Assembly: GCA_036172245.1 (NCBI GenBank)
Contig: JAYWIR010000047.1
Span: 744,001-808,000, forward strand
Origin: Raillietiella orientalis
Lineage: Eukaryota
DNA: 64,000 nucleotides
Reading direction: 5' to 3'
In this document: positions 63,431-64,000 of the stretch, one piece after another
Layout: each line of letters starts with the position of its first letter
Numbering within the stretch: position 1 is the first letter of the stretch
Made by a program: the position numbers and the translations under genes
The notes under the pieces: generated by a model
What the model saw: the letters and a program-made list of their open reading frames with translations, nothing else
What the model was told of the DNA's origin: nothing
The model's database searches: none

Positions 63431-63434
63431 ATTC

Positions 63435-63930
63435 GTTCGGGTCGTTTATTTAAAAATAAACTTTACAAAAAGATGTCAGTGGCTGTAGCAATGCTCCAGC
63501 CACGCACGAAGAAACACGGAGCCTGCCGGGTCACCGGTTCGCAGACCGGTACGGTCCACCAAGGCAGCAGAGGGAGGGGATAAAACAAAAAAAGACATAA
63601 GAAGCAAAAAGAAATAAAAAGAGTGGGAGGGTACGGGAAGGGATCACTGTTGCTGCTGGGTCCGTATCATCCTTCTCAGGATGCCGGCAAGCTCCTGCAT
63701 TCGCGGATCCAGGTGGGGCCATTGCGACGCGCTCTTCAGGATTTGGGCGGCGCACTGGATGGCTTCCTTATCGCGTGGTCCTCCCGTAGCCGTGCTCCTT
63801 GCGGCGACGGTCCCCTGAGATCGACCATTTTCGACTGCGTCGACTAGGAGCTTCTTCCGAAACTCCGGGAGCTCATGGGCTTCCCGGCCGTCTTCCTGGT
63901 CCTTCTGCGCTCCAGGTGCTATGATGACGC
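63435..63930 (-). mobile_element. LINE 3' end, inverted homologue of 57300-57750
   Basis: The reverse complement shares atggcccca(t/c)ctgg, cggcatcctg, acagtgatccct, gccactgac and aaataaacg with 57484-57745, in the same order. Confidence 0.7.
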
Positions 63931-64000
63931 GTCACTTCATTTTTTTTTTTTTTTTTATTTACCAGCAGCCTGCACACCTGGTGCCGATGCTCTTCGGTAT

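Noticed and set aside
1..64000. CRISPR array, rRNA or prokaryotic operon
   Set aside because: No regularly spaced repeats or rRNA-like sequence; spliced genes and microsatellites indicate an animal genome.

Overview
Eukaryotic (animal, most likely arthropod) genomic DNA with two recognisable host genes in divergent orientation. (1) Minus strand: two spliced coding exons (27415-27350, 27071-26844) resembling the N-terminus of the ecdysone-induced ETS factor E74 isoform A (Eip74EF/ELF family). No ETS domain is seen, so the rest of the gene probably lies beyond position 1 and 1-26843 would be intron. (2) Plus strand: a complete five-exon LSM11 (U7 snRNP Sm-like protein, 247 aa; 34223-36983). Most of the remaining sequence, in both GC-rich and AT-rich blocks, looks like decayed remnants of L1/Tx1-like non-LTR retrotransposons (about 20 fragments, both strands). 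I recognised these by eye from frameshifted APE-endonuclease, RT, KILG-like and C-terminal Cys/His motifs, so their boundaries are approximate (plus or minus several hundred bp). The many long ORFs in the track are GC-rich artefacts. I found no well-supported new multi-gene system. The best leads are an 18-codon uORF ending 1 nt before the E74A start, perfect nuclear-receptor half-site pairs in the E74 intron, a perfect 34-bp hairpin, a head-to-tail stack of LINE 3' ends, and a sharp CpG contrast between the two genes.
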